Assembly: GCA_963835065.1 (NCBI GenBank)
Contig: CAWIEK010000054.1
Span: 1 to 64,000, forward strand
Source: an uncultured Chthonomonadaceae bacterium
GTDB lineage: Bacteria > Armatimonadota > Chthonomonadetes > Chthonomonadales > Chthonomonadaceae
Length of the DNA stretch: 64,000 nt
Direction of reading: 5' to 3'
Of this stretch, positions 1-10,497 are shown in pieces; positions within the stretch are counted from its first letter, which is position 1, and every line of letters begins with the position of its first letter. A program made the translations under genes and the position numbers. Below the pieces are notes generated by a model. That model had not been told where the DNA came from, searched no databases, and saw only the letters and a list, made by a program, of their open reading frames with translations.

Positions 1-1
1 A

Positions 2-562
2 GTTACCGTTCGCTCCTGCTCTACCCATAATAACGACAATTCAGAAGATGTAGAAGATGTGCGCAATATAATCGTTGCCCATATCAAGGGGAATTCTCAT
101 GCAATCAGTTTTTTTGCGGACAAGGTGATAGGCTCTTATCAACACAGTCCATTACTTGCAGAACAAACATTTCGGGGAGCAGTTCCGGTATCTGTGCAGG
201 GGGCGGAAACAAGGATTATACGAGGCGACTATCCTCGCCTTGTGGCTGTTATGGAAGCAATTGCTTACGCGAGGTACTACAAAGATTTTGGAGAAACATT
301 TGAAGATAAATGGCTCATTCTCTGCCCTGATCTTGTTAATGTGAAATCTTTGCTTGAGGGAGTTCCAGACGCCTACGATTTAATCCGTCCAGCACTGAAC
401 CAACTTCCATTTACTGAAGGTAAAACCTCAAACCCAGAAATATTCATGTATGGAGTTGGGTACTCTCATAATCAAGGTAAGCCCGTGTTTAGAGCTTACA
501 AGTTCGAGTTTTATGAGGGCTTTATTGTTTACGCTATCAAAGTTGTAGCAGGGGATATATAA
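2..562 (+). CDS. 5'-truncated hypothetical protein with HNH-like motif
   Basis: Frame is open from the window edge and begins VTVRSCSTHNNDNSEDVE, resembling the (L/I)TVPxCxxxN end of HNH-type domains; AT-rich. Confidence 0.45.
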   Translation, partial: VTVRSCSTHNNDNSEDVEDVRNIIVAHIKGNSHAISFFADKVIGSYQHSPLLAEQTFRGAVPVSVQGAETRIIRGDYPRLVAVMEAIAYARYYKDFGETFEDKWLILCPDLVNVKSLLEGVPDAYDLIRPALNQLPFTEGKTSNPEIFMYGVGYSHNQGKPVFRAYKFEFYEGFIVYAIKVVAGDI

Positions 563-643
563 CAAGGGATGTTACCGCGCTGATAATGTCCCTTGTCTCT
601 GCCTCTCCTACGCGGCCTGCATAAAGAAAGGCTTTTTGCTGAC

Positions 644-1210
644 ATGATCTCTCCGAGAACTATTAATCTGACAACTCAGCGTTTACTCATCAGGGAATGG
701 ACGAACAGCGCTACAGATGAAGATGCTCTTCTGGCGATAGAATCCAACCCTGATGTAGTCCGATTCTTGGAATTCGATGCTCGTGATAAGAACACAATTA
801 GGTATTCTCGTATTCCTGCCATTTTATTAAATAGCTCTTGGCAGCCTCGCAGAATGTACGAATGCGCGATTGAGTTGCAGGCAACCAACCGAGTCATTGG
901 AGTGTGTTGTTTATGGATTGAGGATGAAGTGGAGATGCGAGGTCAATTATCGTATAGTCTTCATTCTGGCTACTGGAAGCAGGGGTATGGTACAGAAGCG
1001 GCTCGCGAAATGCTCCGGTTTGGCTTTGAGGAACTTGGACTCAATCGCATATACGCTATGTGCGACATTGAGAATTTAGCCTCGCAACATGTGCTTACAC
1101 ATATAGGCATGAAGCAGGATGCTGTTCTTTCGCGGAATGTTAAGGGTAAACAGCGTGAATGGCCGAAGTATGCTTTGTTTAGAGATCAGTGGCAGGCACT
1201 GCAAGTTTAG
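644..1210 (+). CDS. GNAT N-acetyltransferase, RimJ/RimL family
   Basis: LTTQRLLIREW, YWKQGYGTEAA and NLASQHVL..IGM motifs. Confidence 0.85.
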   Translation: MISPRTINLTTQRLLIREWTNSATDEDALLAIESNPDVVRFLEFDARDKNTIRYSRIPAILLNSSWQPRRMYECAIELQATNRVIGVCCLWIEDEVEMRGQLSYSLHSGYWKQGYGTEAAREMLRFGFEELGLNRIYAMCDIENLASQHVLTHIGMKQDAVLSRNVKGKQREWPKYALFRDQWQALQV

Positions 1211-1229
1211 AAGTCTGAGGTAATCTGTA

Positions 1230-1535
1230 TTAGACTTCGTAATTATCAGGAATAAGCCCTTCGCAAAAATCAACGCGATTGTGTTGCAGCGCCTGTAATA
1301 GCTCTTCAGCTTCTGCTTCTGCCCGCCTGGCTTCTTCCGGGGCAGTATTTGCGCCTTCGACAAACCAAGAGTTCAGCAAAGCGGCGAGGCCGGGATGCTG
1401 AGAAGGTTGAGAGGGACTGGTACTGTTTCCAACTAAACAGGCGCGTACCAGTGTATCTACATCCACGCCCTGCATCTGCGCCTGTCGCTGCAAAACGGTT
1501 TCTTCTTCCCGCGTAAGTTCCAGTGTCAATGTCAT
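1230..1535 (-). CDS. Small antitoxin-like hypothetical protein
   Basis: MTLTLELTREEE..L..QA..QGVD N-terminus; GGAGGAG RBS; no toxin partner seen. Confidence 0.55.
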   Translation of the reverse strand: MTLTLELTREEETVLQRQAQMQGVDVDTLVRACLVGNSTSPSQPSQHPGLAALLNSWFVEGANTAPEEARRAEAEAEELLQALQHNRVDFCEGLIPDNYEV

Positions 1536-1590
1536 GGCAATCTCCTCCACAATTCTACTTCGCCGTGAACAGCAGACAGGAAGCCGGTCA

Positions 1591-1857
1591 TCATGGGCGG
1601 CTTACCTGAAAACGTCCGCCTAACTTTACAGCGGCGGCGTAACCGATGCGCTTGATGTAGAGCAGGGCGTCGGGATGTTTGGCGTTGGCGCGATCCAGAG
1701 CGAAGGTACGGTTTGCGTCCAGTTCATAATCGCCGCTTTCCACACCAATCACCACGTACTTGCCCTCATCCGCCGCGCTGAATTGTTCGCGCAACTCACA
1801 TTCGTATATTCTTTCGCCCTGCATACAAACCTCGTCTGCGGATATTGCTGCTGCCAT
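1591..1857 (-). CDS. Small hypothetical protein (DUF5678-like)
   Basis: GERIYE...GKYVVI.VESGDYE...RIG pattern; AGAGGAGG RBS before ATG at 1857. Confidence 0.6.
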   Translation of the reverse strand: MAAAISADEVCMQGERIYECELREQFSAADEGKYVVIGVESGDYELDANRTFALDRANAKHPDALLYIKRIGYAAAVKLGGRFQVSRP

Positions 1858-1982
1858 TCTTGCCTCCTCTGCGTGACCAACTCTGTGCGTCAATACCATT
1901 ACCCTGTTTAGGGTATGATGTTTCTTGTAAGCTTCAACCAAGCGAACAAAGGGTTGCATCTTGGCAAATTTATCCTTGCCCG

Positions 1983-3191
1983 TTAGACCAATGGCGCAGG
2001 GAAGATGGGGGCGGAAGCAGCCGGGGGCGCTGCTTGCGCTGACAGATACTGCTGTCGGCGCGCATCCACCTGAGCAACGACCTGCGCGCGATTGGTCGCA
2101 AAATCCACATTCAGTTGGGCATCGTACCCAACGAACACCCAGGGGCGTGTCTGCCCGACGTAATCCAGAATCTTCTTTATCTGAAATATCCCGCACGCGA
2201 ACTCATGGAAACCGCCCTGCCGATCCCGCATCCGAATCGCGTAGTTGTAATGCTGGGTAATGTAGACATGCCTCCATATCCAGACCAGATGATCCAGGTG
2301 TACCACAATCAGGCCAAACATGGTGGGAACCAGCATCCAGGAGGCTGTGAACTGCGCGGGAGCGATCTTCTTCACCCCCTGCGCGTATTCCCGGTCAATG
2401 TCCCGTGTTACATCCGCCAGCGGACCGTACATTTCCAGCGCCTTCACTATCGGATGCAGGTGGGGATTGCTCCTGCGCTGAAGGGCTTTGACAACGTTCC
2501 ACACAGGAACTGCACACAGCAAAATCAGCAACATATTCGGCACGGGGAGGCGCGGCACATTGGGGCGGCCCGCGAAGCCTGCGCCAGGCGAACGCGCCGG
2601 GATAGCATCGAGCGTATAAGGCATAAGCGCTACCTGCTTTATGCCCCGCGAATGCAGAACCGTAGTCACGGTGTTTTCATCCACGTCTGACAGTCGGCGA
2701 ATGACACCCGTATAGGTTTTCGATGTCTGCGCGTCTGGCGGCAGGATCACAAATAGTTGTCCTTGCGCCATCGAGAGATGATAGTTAGGCTGCCCGGCAG
2801 GCGGATTGCTGTCGGTACGCTCCGACCAGTTCCAGACGGGGAACGCAAGGTCTGTCGCCTTGTTGTCCGTCAGGGTTACAGCGTGGTCTTTGAGCGCGGC
2901 AAGCCGCTCGACAGAGGCCAAATCCTTGACGCTGATTTTGACAGGGTGGCGCATATCCACGGGCTTGTTGCTGCTGAGGGCGTTCTTGTCGCTGCCGGAC
3001 GCAGGGGACGGATCGCTAAATGCCGGGAAAAACATATTCTGCCCTGTCAGCGCGGAGCCGATGATCGCGCCGGCAAAAATGAGTATTAGCAGAAAGGCGT
3101 TGGTGACCAGAAGGTTGCAGTTTGCGCGTTCCACCTGTTGCCGAATGAAGGTTCCTCCCACGACATTTCCTCGCACGACTGTTGCTCCCAC
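1983..3191 (-). CDS. Membrane protein (DUF6709-like)
   Basis: 402-aa ORF with two hydrophobic segments, HPIVKAL..YG and PWVFVGY motifs. Confidence 0.6.
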   Translation of the reverse strand: MGATVVRGNVVGGTFIRQQVERANCNLLVTNAFLLILIFAGAIIGSALTGQNMFFPAFSDPSPASGSDKNALSSNKPVDMRHPVKISVKDLASVERLAALKDHAVTLTDNKATDLAFPVWNWSERTDSNPPAGQPNYHLSMAQGQLFVILPPDAQTSKTYTGVIRRLSDVDENTVTTVLHSRGIKQVALMPYTLDAIPARSPGAGFAGRPNVPRLPVPNMLLILLCAVPVWNVVKALQRRSNPHLHPIVKALEMYGPLADVTRDIDREYAQGVKKIAPAQFTASWMLVPTMFGLIVVHLDHLVWIWRHVYITQHYNYAIRMRDRQGGFHEFACGIFQIKKILDYVGQTRPWVFVGYDAQLNVDFATNRAQVVAQVDARRQQYLSAQAAPPAASAPIFPAPLV

Positions 3192-3594
3192 GGCTTTTCC
3201 TCCTCATTGATGTTTTGCGTGTACAGGCACGAGACAACACTCATTCCAAGTTTATTATTCATTGTTCTCGAATACAAATCCTGCCCCCTGCCGCGAAATC
3301 TGCAAAAATTGTCGGGCAAGGAGCGCGTCGTAAACCTGTGCTTTGAGGGGTTCTCCGATGTCGCGGGCGAATTCTATGCGGGCGGGGAGCAGATCGTTGA
3401 GGGTAATATCAAGCGGACGTTCCCAATACTTCGCATCCCCAACGGCATACGCGCCCTGCGCAGCCAGGCTGTCGGCCAGAATCCAGCCTTTGTTGACGTT
3501 GCACTCGAAACATGAGCGCTGATTGGAACCTATTGCTGCCTTTATTCCTTGAAACAAGTATAGTAGCACAGCAGATGAAGGAAAAAGGAAAAAT

Positions 3595-5043
3595 ATGGCA
3601 ACCGAAACACGCAAACACATCTTGATTTTGGGCGGCGGGTTTGGCGGAATGTACGCCGCGATGCACCTTGACCACCTGATAGGAAGCGATCCCGGCGTTG
3701 AAATCACGCTCGTCAATCAGGACAACTTTTTCCTGTTCACGCCCATGCTGCACGAGGTGGCCTCCTGTGATCTGGACATTACGCATATCGTGAGTCCGAT
3801 CCGCAAACTGCTGCGCCATGTGCAGGTGTTCGCGGGGCATGTGGAGCGGGTTGACCTGGAGAATCGGCGCGTTACGGTGTCGCACGGCTCCGATGCCCAC
3901 TGCCATGACCTGCCCTACGACTATCTCGTGCTGGCGATGGGTTCCGTCACCAACTTCTACAATCTCGCCGGCCTTGAGGAACACGCGCTCACGATGAAAT
4001 CTTTGGGCGACGCCATTCATCTGCGCAACCGGATCATTCAGATCATGGAGGAAGCGGATGGCGAGTGCGCGGCAGGCAACCGGGACGAACTGCTGACGTT
4101 TGTTGTCGCCGGGGGCGGGTTTGCGGGCGTGGAAACGATGGCGGCAATCAATGATTTTGCCCGCGAAGCGGTGCGCTTTTATTCCAACCTGCGCGAAGAG
4201 CAATTGAAGATGGTGCTGGTGCATCCCGGCCCCCTGATTTTGCCCGAATTGGGCGAGAAGTTGGGCGCGTATGCGCAGCAGAAACTGACGGAGCGCAAAG
4301 TGGACATTCGCGTGAACACCAAAGTCACGAATGCCACCGCCAACAGCGTGACGCTGAGTGACGGCGACATCCTTGCCGCCAATACGCTTGTCTGGACAGC
4401 CGGCACATCTCCGCATCCGCTGTTAGGCTGCCTGCCCTGCCAAACCGAAAAAGGCCGCACTCTGGTTAATGAGTATCTGGAAGTCCCGGCTTGGCCCGGC
4501 GTGTGGGCGCTTGGGGATTGCGCCTGTGTTCCCGACGCGCAAACCGGTAAGCCCTACCCGCCCACCGCGCAGCACGCCATACGGCAGGGGAAGATTCTCG
4601 CGCAGAACATCGTGGCGGAAATACGCGGCGGAAAAAAGCGCAAATTTTCGTTCCGCACCATTGGCCTGCTGGCGGCCATTGGCAAGCGTACCGGCGTCGC
4701 CAACATCATGGGCCTGAATTTCTCCGGGTTCTTCGCGTGGGTGATGTGGCGCTCCATCTATCTGAGCAAGCTGCCGCGCCTGGAAAAGAAGGTGCGCGTA
4801 GCCGTAGACTGGACTCTTGATTTGGTGTTTTCCAAAGACATCGTGCAGTTCCAGACCTTCCGTTCCGAAGCGCTGACGCATGAAGAAACAAAAACGCTGG
4901 CGCAGGCAGAAGCAAAACAGAAGGAACCAAAGCAGGGAGAAGCAAACCTGGAAGCCTCAAACCTGACCAGCGCGTTGCCTGCCGCGCAAGCGGTTGTAGC
5001 CGACATTCCCGCTTCCAGCAAAACGGGAAGCTCCGTCTCATAG
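3595..5043 (+). CDS. ndh: Type II NADH dehydrogenase-like FAD oxidoreductase
   Basis: ILILGGGFGG, FTPML, VAGGGFAGVE, WALGD and PPTAQHA motifs. Confidence 0.85.
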   Translation: MATETRKHILILGGGFGGMYAAMHLDHLIGSDPGVEITLVNQDNFFLFTPMLHEVASCDLDITHIVSPIRKLLRHVQVFAGHVERVDLENRRVTVSHGSDAHCHDLPYDYLVLAMGSVTNFYNLAGLEEHALTMKSLGDAIHLRNRIIQIMEEADGECAAGNRDELLTFVVAGGGFAGVETMAAINDFAREAVRFYSNLREEQLKMVLVHPGPLILPELGEKLGAYAQQKLTERKVDIRVNTKVTNATANSVTLSDGDILAANTLVWTAGTSPHPLLGCLPCQTEKGRTLVNEYLEVPAWPGVWALGDCACVPDAQTGKPYPPTAQHAIRQGKILAQNIVAEIRGGKKRKFSFRTIGLLAAIGKRTGVANIMGLNFSGFFAWVMWRSIYLSKLPRLEKKVRVAVDWTLDLVFSKDIVQFQTFRSEALTHEETKTLAQAEAKQKEPKQGEANLEASNLTSALPAAQAVVADIPASSKTGSSVS

Positions 5044-5399
5044 CAGTGGTTTGAAAGGTGACGTTACTTGGTCTTTTCGTTACCACAAGTTTGCGCGACG
5101 GGCTGAACCGCTTTGCTGCCATCGTCACAACTTCTGTCGCTGCTTTTGCAAGGGAGGGAGGAACGCGCCTGAGCCATGCGCGGCGAACCGGCGGGGACAT
5201 TTCGCAGCCGCGCGGCAGACGAGAGGCGCAAATTCGCGCCACGCATAGCCTTGCTTTTATACGTAACGTGGCACAAACGGCTGGGATGCGTGATAAGGGT
5301 GTCCGTTACTCGCTTATAGGTTTGCTGGCCGGTGCATGAAATACAAAGACCATCCGGCAATGTCACCCCGGTCATTCAATACCGTGCAAACAAATTTTG

Positions 5400-6095
5400 C
5401 TAAACATCCTCGTCTTTTTGCAGCAGGTCGGTCATGTCCATGTGGGGCAGGCAGCCGGTTTCGATGAAGTTGACGCGCTCGGCGATGTTGACGACGTGAT
5501 CGCTGATGCGCTCCAGATACTTGGCGGCAAACATCACGTTCAGCGCAACCAAGCTGCGCGACGGCTCCTGGGTCAAGGTGAGGGTCAGGGAGTTGCGTAT
5601 CTGATGGTACAGTTTGTCTACCTCGTCGTCGGCGGCAATCACCTGTTCCACCAGAACAAGGTCGTGGTCAATGAAGGCGCGCAGGGCGTCGTGGAGCATG
5701 TTGCGGCTTAACTGCGCCAGGCGGGGCAGGTCTACGAGCGGGCGATACATGTCCTGCGCCTTGACGATACGCCGCCCGATTTTGGCGATGTCAACCGCGT
5801 AATCGCCGATGCGCTCGATGTCCGTACTGATTTTCAGCGCGGTTCCGATGATGCGCAGGTCGCGGTCAATGAGCGGGCGCGTGGCGATAAAGTACAGGCA
5901 TTGCCGCTCAATGTCCAGGTCAAGGCGGTCTACCGTATCGTCGCGCTTGAGAACCTCTTTTACCAGCGTTAAATTGCCGGTAATCAACGCTTCGATAGCG
6001 CGGGCCACCATGTGATCCGCGCACGTCGCCATTTCCAGGATGCGGTCCTGGAGTTGTCCCATTTCGCCCTTGAACGGGGCTGCCACTGCCGCCAT
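5400..6095 (-). CDS. phoU: Phosphate signalling protein PhoU
   Basis: Two PhoU repeats (DIERIGDYA, YLERISDH..NIAE). Confidence 0.92.
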   Translation of the reverse strand: MAAVAAPFKGEMGQLQDRILEMATCADHMVARAIEALITGNLTLVKEVLKRDDTVDRLDLDIERQCLYFIATRPLIDRDLRIIGTALKISTDIERIGDYAVDIAKIGRRIVKAQDMYRPLVDLPRLAQLSRNMLHDALRAFIDHDLVLVEQVIAADDEVDKLYHQIRNSLTLTLTQEPSRSLVALNVMFAAKYLERISDHVVNIAERVNFIETGCLPHMDMTDLLQKDEDV

Positions 6096-6143
6096 AATAC
6101 TGCTTCCTTACTCACCTTTGTTTAGCGCCTATCCTGATGGGTT

Positions 6144-6185
6144 TCCCTTCTCCCAAATTTGGGAGAAGGGGTTAGGGGTTGAGGG
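6144..6185. repeat. CCCTTCTCCC/GGGAGAAGGG REP-like hairpin
   Basis: CCCTTCTCCCAAATTTGGGAGAAGGGGTTAGGGGTTGAGGG; related copies at ~49224-49272, ~53650-53673 and 62081-62108. Confidence 0.65.
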
Positions 6186-6203
6186 CTAATTGGGATAGGC
6201 TGT

Positions 6204-7238
6204 TTAGCGAACGCCCACCGCGTTGAGGATATAATACGACAGCGCGGCGACGATTCCTGCCGAGGGGATGGTCAGCACCCACGCCATTAGCATACGCTGC
6301 GCCACTCCCCATTTGACCGCCCGCAGGCGGGTTGCCGCGCCCACGCCGAAGATGCTGCCGGAAATGACGTGCGTGGTGCTGACGGGCGAGTGAAATTGGT
6401 CGGCGATCCAAATAGTGATTGCAGACGCGGTTTCCGCCACGAAGCCATGTACGGGTTCCAGACGAATGATTTTGTGGCCCAGCGTTCCCATGATGCGCCA
6501 CCCGCCCGCCGAGGTTCCCAAAGCCATTGCAATCGCGCACATTAAAATCACGGCGCGCGGGATTTCAGCGCCACCAGGCTTGTCGGCAATGACGTGCTGC
6601 GTGACCAGCGCCAGCGTGATAATGCCCATGCTTTTCTGCGCGTCGTTGCTGCCGTGCATGAACGACATGGCGGCTGCAGAACACATTTGCAGGACGCGAA
6701 ACACCCGCCCCACCTTGCGCGGATGCATCTTGGCGAACAAAAGGTAAATCGCCTTCATCACCACAAAGGCGAGGGCAAATCCCAACAGGGGTGACGTGAA
6801 CAGGGGAATAATCACCTTGGGCAGCAGCCCGATAGGTTCATGCTTGGCATTCATCCCATTCCAGATGATGGAGGCCATTCCTTTGTGCGCCAGCGCCGCG
6901 CCGACCAGCCCGCCGAATAGCGCATGGGAGGAACTGCTGGGAATGCCGAAATACCACGTCAGCAGGTTCCAGATAATCGCGCCGATCAGGGCGGCCAGCA
7001 CCATTGTTTGGGTCGCGTCCGTGACCAGGCCACTGGAAATGGTTTTGGCAACTCCCGTCGAATGAATCGCGCCGGCAAAGTTCAATGTGGCCGCCATGAT
7101 GATGGCGACGCGGGGGGTCATGACGCGGGTGGCGACAACGGTAGCGATGGCGTTTGCCGTGTCGTGAAAACCGTTGATGAAGTCGAAGGCGAGGGCAAAA
7201 ACAACGATCAGAACCAGCAGCATCGTAATGTTATGCAT
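6204..7238 (-). CDS. pit: Inorganic phosphate transporter, PiT family
   Basis: GFHDTANAIAT, PSSSSHAL, HGSNDAQK and PVSTTH signatures. Confidence 0.93.
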   Translation of the reverse strand: MHNITMLLVLIVVFALAFDFINGFHDTANAIATVVATRVMTPRVAIIMAATLNFAGAIHSTGVAKTISSGLVTDATQTMVLAALIGAIIWNLLTWYFGIPSSSSHALFGGLVGAALAHKGMASIIWNGMNAKHEPIGLLPKVIIPLFTSPLLGFALAFVVMKAIYLLFAKMHPRKVGRVFRVLQMCSAAAMSFMHGSNDAQKSMGIITLALVTQHVIADKPGGAEIPRAVILMCAIAMALGTSAGGWRIMGTLGHKIIRLEPVHGFVAETASAITIWIADQFHSPVSTTHVISGSIFGVGAATRLRAVKWGVAQRMLMAWVLTIPSAGIVAALSYYILNAVGVR

Positions 7239-7857
7239 ACTTGATCACCACGCTTCCTATCAGGTCGGCGGCGATTTCGCACTTGTCCACCGCGCCTTCC
7301 ACCCGGTCATACACCTGGCTCCACTTTTGCACCAGAATGGGATCGGGGTTGGGCATGTTGAATAGATTGGCGAGCGCCTGCCGAAACTGCTTGTCGCTGT
7401 CGTTGATGATATGGTGAATGCGGTCCAGCGTGGCCTGAATGGTGTCGCGGCTATGGAGGGCGCGCAGGTTGCCAACCGCATCCCGAATGGCTTCCGTCGC
7501 GTTTACCAGCAACTCTACCAGTGTCGGCAGACCGGCATTGATGGGCGACAGTTTGTACAAATGAACGCGGGCAATGGCCGCTTCGATGTTGTCGGTAATA
7601 TCTTCAATGGCGGTGGAAAGCGCGTGCAGGTCTTCCTTGTCCATCGGCGTGACGAACGTAGAGTCTACTTTGCTCATGAGTTGCCGCCCTACGCCGTCCG
7701 CGTCGTTTTCGATCTTTTCGGCCTGCGCCGCGTACTGCGCCGCCTGTCCCAAATCCGCGCACAAGGCTTGAAACACTTTGGCAATGGCGACGGCGGCATC
7801 GGCCTGCTCTTCCAGCAGCGTGTAAAACGTCAAATCTTTTCCAAACAAGGAAACCAT
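7231..7857 (-). CDS. DUF47 / Pit accessory protein
   Basis: E..AD...FVTP.DKED motif; overlaps the pit start. Confidence 0.88.
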   Translation of the reverse strand: MVSLFGKDLTFYTLLEEQADAAVAIAKVFQALCADLGQAAQYAAQAEKIENDADGVGRQLMSKVDSTFVTPMDKEDLHALSTAIEDITDNIEAAIARVHLYKLSPINAGLPTLVELLVNATEAIRDAVGNLRALHSRDTIQATLDRIHHIINDSDKQFRQALANLFNMPNPDPILVQKWSQVYDRVEGAVDKCEIAADLIGSVVIKYA

Positions 7858-7965
7858 GCGAACCTCCGATGGAAGGCATTAGGCATTAGATATTAGGTAT
7901 TAGGAGGAGACAGAAGACAGATAGAAGGTACTTGTGCCTGATACCTCACACCCCAATTGTAAAAT

Positions 7966-7998
7966 AGTGTACCAGCGCATTGTTAAGGCAATGTTAAG
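7966..7998 (-). promoter_or_regulatory. Pho-box-like direct repeat plus -10 element for DUF47-pit-phoU
   Basis: Minus strand CTTAACA-TTGC-CTTAACA (11-bp period), then 9 nt, then TACACT. Confidence 0.6.
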
Positions 7999-8113
7999 AG
8001 CGAAAAGAAGAAAAGAAGAAGAGGGGAAAAGAAGAAAAGGAGACAGAAGACAGTCGTACTTCAATCGAAAATCGGCAATCGGCAATCAGCAATCGTCCTA
8101 TCACTCCTCCTCC

Positions 8114-8142
8114 TTGACACTGTGGGGCGCGTCTGCCATAAT
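8114..8142 (+). promoter_or_regulatory. Sigma70-type promoter of the AAA ATPase gene
   Basis: TTGACA-N17-CATAAT with TG extension. Confidence 0.7.
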
Positions 8143-8169
8143 AACGCAGCGACCTACCTGTAAAATCCT

Positions 8170-9477
8170 ATGACTAATCACGACTTTTTAACCCAACCCC
8201 TTAACAGCGAAGATTGGCGCAATGCCGCCATCAATGCCGCTATCCAGATCGAAGCCAATGACGGCGAAGGCATGGACGCCCTGCTGTACGCCATTCGTAT
8301 GCGGCGTCCGGGCGGCGCGACCCTGCTGCTGTGGCATGACCGCCTGCGCCTCAAGCAGTTTCTCGAAACCGCCACGCAGCAGTTCGAGTCGCTGCTTCCG
8401 GGCGAGGACGGGCACATTGAGCGCGCGGAAACGTGTCCTTATGTGGCGTGGTACGGGGTGATGTGGGAGGGCGAACGTATTGAAATCGCGCTGCCGCCCG
8501 GAACTTACATCAGCACGGGTTCGGTCCTCATGGGCGATGATGCGCGTTTATTGCGCCGTTTTGCCGATGCGCTGGAAGCGTTTGCCCTGCGTCCTTCGGG
8601 GCGAAGCCTGCGCTATTCGCAGGGCTGGGAAAGCGCGCCCGATTTAGACGCCGAAATGGGCAAGGTGACGTGGGATGATGTGATTCTGGCTCCGAAAATT
8701 ATGTCCGGCGTCCGCGAGGCTGTAGAAGGCTTTTTCCAGCATCAGGATGCCTTTGAAGCCCTGGGCTTTCCCTGGCGGCGCGGCCTGCTGCTCGTCGGCC
8801 CGCCCGGAACCGGCAAAACCATGATCTGCAAAGCGGCGGCAAGCGCGCTCGACAAACTGCCGTTTTTGTATGTGCGCGATTTCAGTTCCGGCAACCATGC
8901 GGATGCCGTAGAAGTGATTTTCGAACGCGCCCGCAAATTGTCGCCGTGCCTGCTGGCTTTTGAAGACATTGACGGGCTGGTCACGCAGGGCAACCGCACG
9001 GTGTTTTTGAACGAATTAGACGGGTTCCAGAACAACAACGGGCTGCTGATTATCGCCAGTTCCAACCATCCCGGCAAGATTGACGAGGCGCTGCTCAAGC
9101 GTCCGTCGCGCTTTGACCGCGTGTTCCATATCGGGATGCCAGCCATCGCCGAACGCCGCGCGTATTGTGAGCGTTTATTGTCGCGCTCCACGCTTGCCGA
9201 ACGCCTTGCGCCCGATCTGGACGTGGCGAACCTGGCGCAAACCGTTGCCGAGTGGACGGATGGCTTCACGCCCGCATATTTGAAGGAAGTGTTTATTTCC
9301 GCAGCCCTGCGCCGCGCGCAGGCGGGCGCAACCACGCTGGACGCCGATTTCCATAATGCGGTCATAGATCAGGTGGAGGAACTGCGCAAGCACCTGCGCC
9401 GCGTCCAAAAGCCCGACGAAATGGGCGAGTTCACCAGCCCCGAAAGCGAACGGATGGGCTTGCGCGGCAAAGATTAG
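8170..9477 (+). CDS. AAA+ ATPase
   Basis: Walker A GPPGTGKT, Walker B AFEDID, SRH ID.ALLKRPSRFD. Confidence 0.9.
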   Translation: MTNHDFLTQPLNSEDWRNAAINAAIQIEANDGEGMDALLYAIRMRRPGGATLLLWHDRLRLKQFLETATQQFESLLPGEDGHIERAETCPYVAWYGVMWEGERIEIALPPGTYISTGSVLMGDDARLLRRFADALEAFALRPSGRSLRYSQGWESAPDLDAEMGKVTWDDVILAPKIMSGVREAVEGFFQHQDAFEALGFPWRRGLLLVGPPGTGKTMICKAAASALDKLPFLYVRDFSSGNHADAVEVIFERARKLSPCLLAFEDIDGLVTQGNRTVFLNELDGFQNNNGLLIIASSNHPGKIDEALLKRPSRFDRVFHIGMPAIAERRAYCERLLSRSTLAERLAPDLDVANLAQTVAEWTDGFTPAYLKEVFISAALRRAQAGATTLDADFHNAVIDQVEELRKHLRRVQKPDEMGEFTSPESERMGLRGKD

Positions 9478-9607
9478 AAATCAGTATTCAGGTGTTCAGG
9501 TATTCAGGTGTTCGGTTCCGGGTATTCGGAGGATGTTTACTTGAGTGCCTCATGAAATTTCAGCGCCTGAACATTGCAAAAACTACTGTACCTACGGGGA
9601 AATTGAA

Positions 9608-10390
9608 ATGCGTTTTATGAGGCAAAGTCTGCTTGCATGTGCGGTTCTCTATTCGCAGGTTTCCCCGGCCGGTTCCCTGCCGCAAAACCCGCAAATTGCC
9701 CCTGCGCCGATTGCATCCCCGAAAACGTCACAAAGCCTTGAGATTGCGAACCTTCTTCCCATTGGGAACGTTCATGTGGAGGCTATGCGACTGGAACCCT
9801 CCCCACGCTTAACAGAACTGGGGCGAAAGCTTCAAGCGGCTATGCAGAAGCGTCCACAATGGTTCATGGCGCAGGTACAGAAAGCTAAACCCGGTCAGCC
9901 CATTCCTTATAACACCAAACTGGGCTTAACAAAAGCCGAGTACAAAGAGTTTATGTCTTCCTTTCCGACAAAGATGCAGCTTCATAAAGTAGGCGAAGGC
10001 GATTTGACGATCAAAGCAGACGGAACCAAAAGGATATTTGACGGCGGCACAGACCTTACCGATTTTACGGGTATTGAAGTTGACCTGGCACAGCGCACAG
10101 TCAAAACCCCGCGCGGCCTGCTCCGCAAAACAACGCCAATCAAAGCAAATGCAGGACAGGCGGCAATTGGGCAGTGGGATGGAACCGAGTGGAAGCTGGA
10201 GAACGTCATCCACGTAGACAATCCCGCTTTACTGACAGGAAGCATTGTGGAATTCTCGCTCGGCAAAGTAAAAGCGTCCGGGAAAGCTCAATTGCGGTAC
10301 AAAGCGCAACAAGTAGAAGCCGGTAAGCCCAAAGCTAATTTTGAGTACATTCTCCGCTACGATGCTCATGCGGGAGGCGGCGTTGAATAG
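9608..10390 (+). CDS. Secreted hypothetical protein
   Basis: Signal-like N-terminus; paralog of the next gene (shared PSPRL.EL..K.Q, W.G..WKL). Confidence 0.7.
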   Translation: MRFMRQSLLACAVLYSQVSPAGSLPQNPQIAPAPIASPKTSQSLEIANLLPIGNVHVEAMRLEPSPRLTELGRKLQAAMQKRPQWFMAQVQKAKPGQPIPYNTKLGLTKAEYKEFMSSFPTKMQLHKVGEGDLTIKADGTKRIFDGGTDLTDFTGIEVDLAQRTVKTPRGLLRKTTPIKANAGQAAIGQWDGTEWKLENVIHVDNPALLTGSIVEFSLGKVKASGKAQLRYKAQQVEAGKPKANFEYILRYDAHAGGGVE

Positions 10391-10497
10391 CGCGCTGAAG
10401 TTGGCGGCATATCGCAGGCGTTGAAGACATAATTGCAGTCCATTGAATTAATAGATTGTGGCGCTGCAAACAAGGCTCAATTAAGGGAGACAGTTCA

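Noticed and set aside
3255..3513. Possible small minus-strand gene (…KGWILADSLAAQGAY…FENNE*)
   Set aside because: Looks coding but has no clear in-frame start and no recognisable family; may be a fragment
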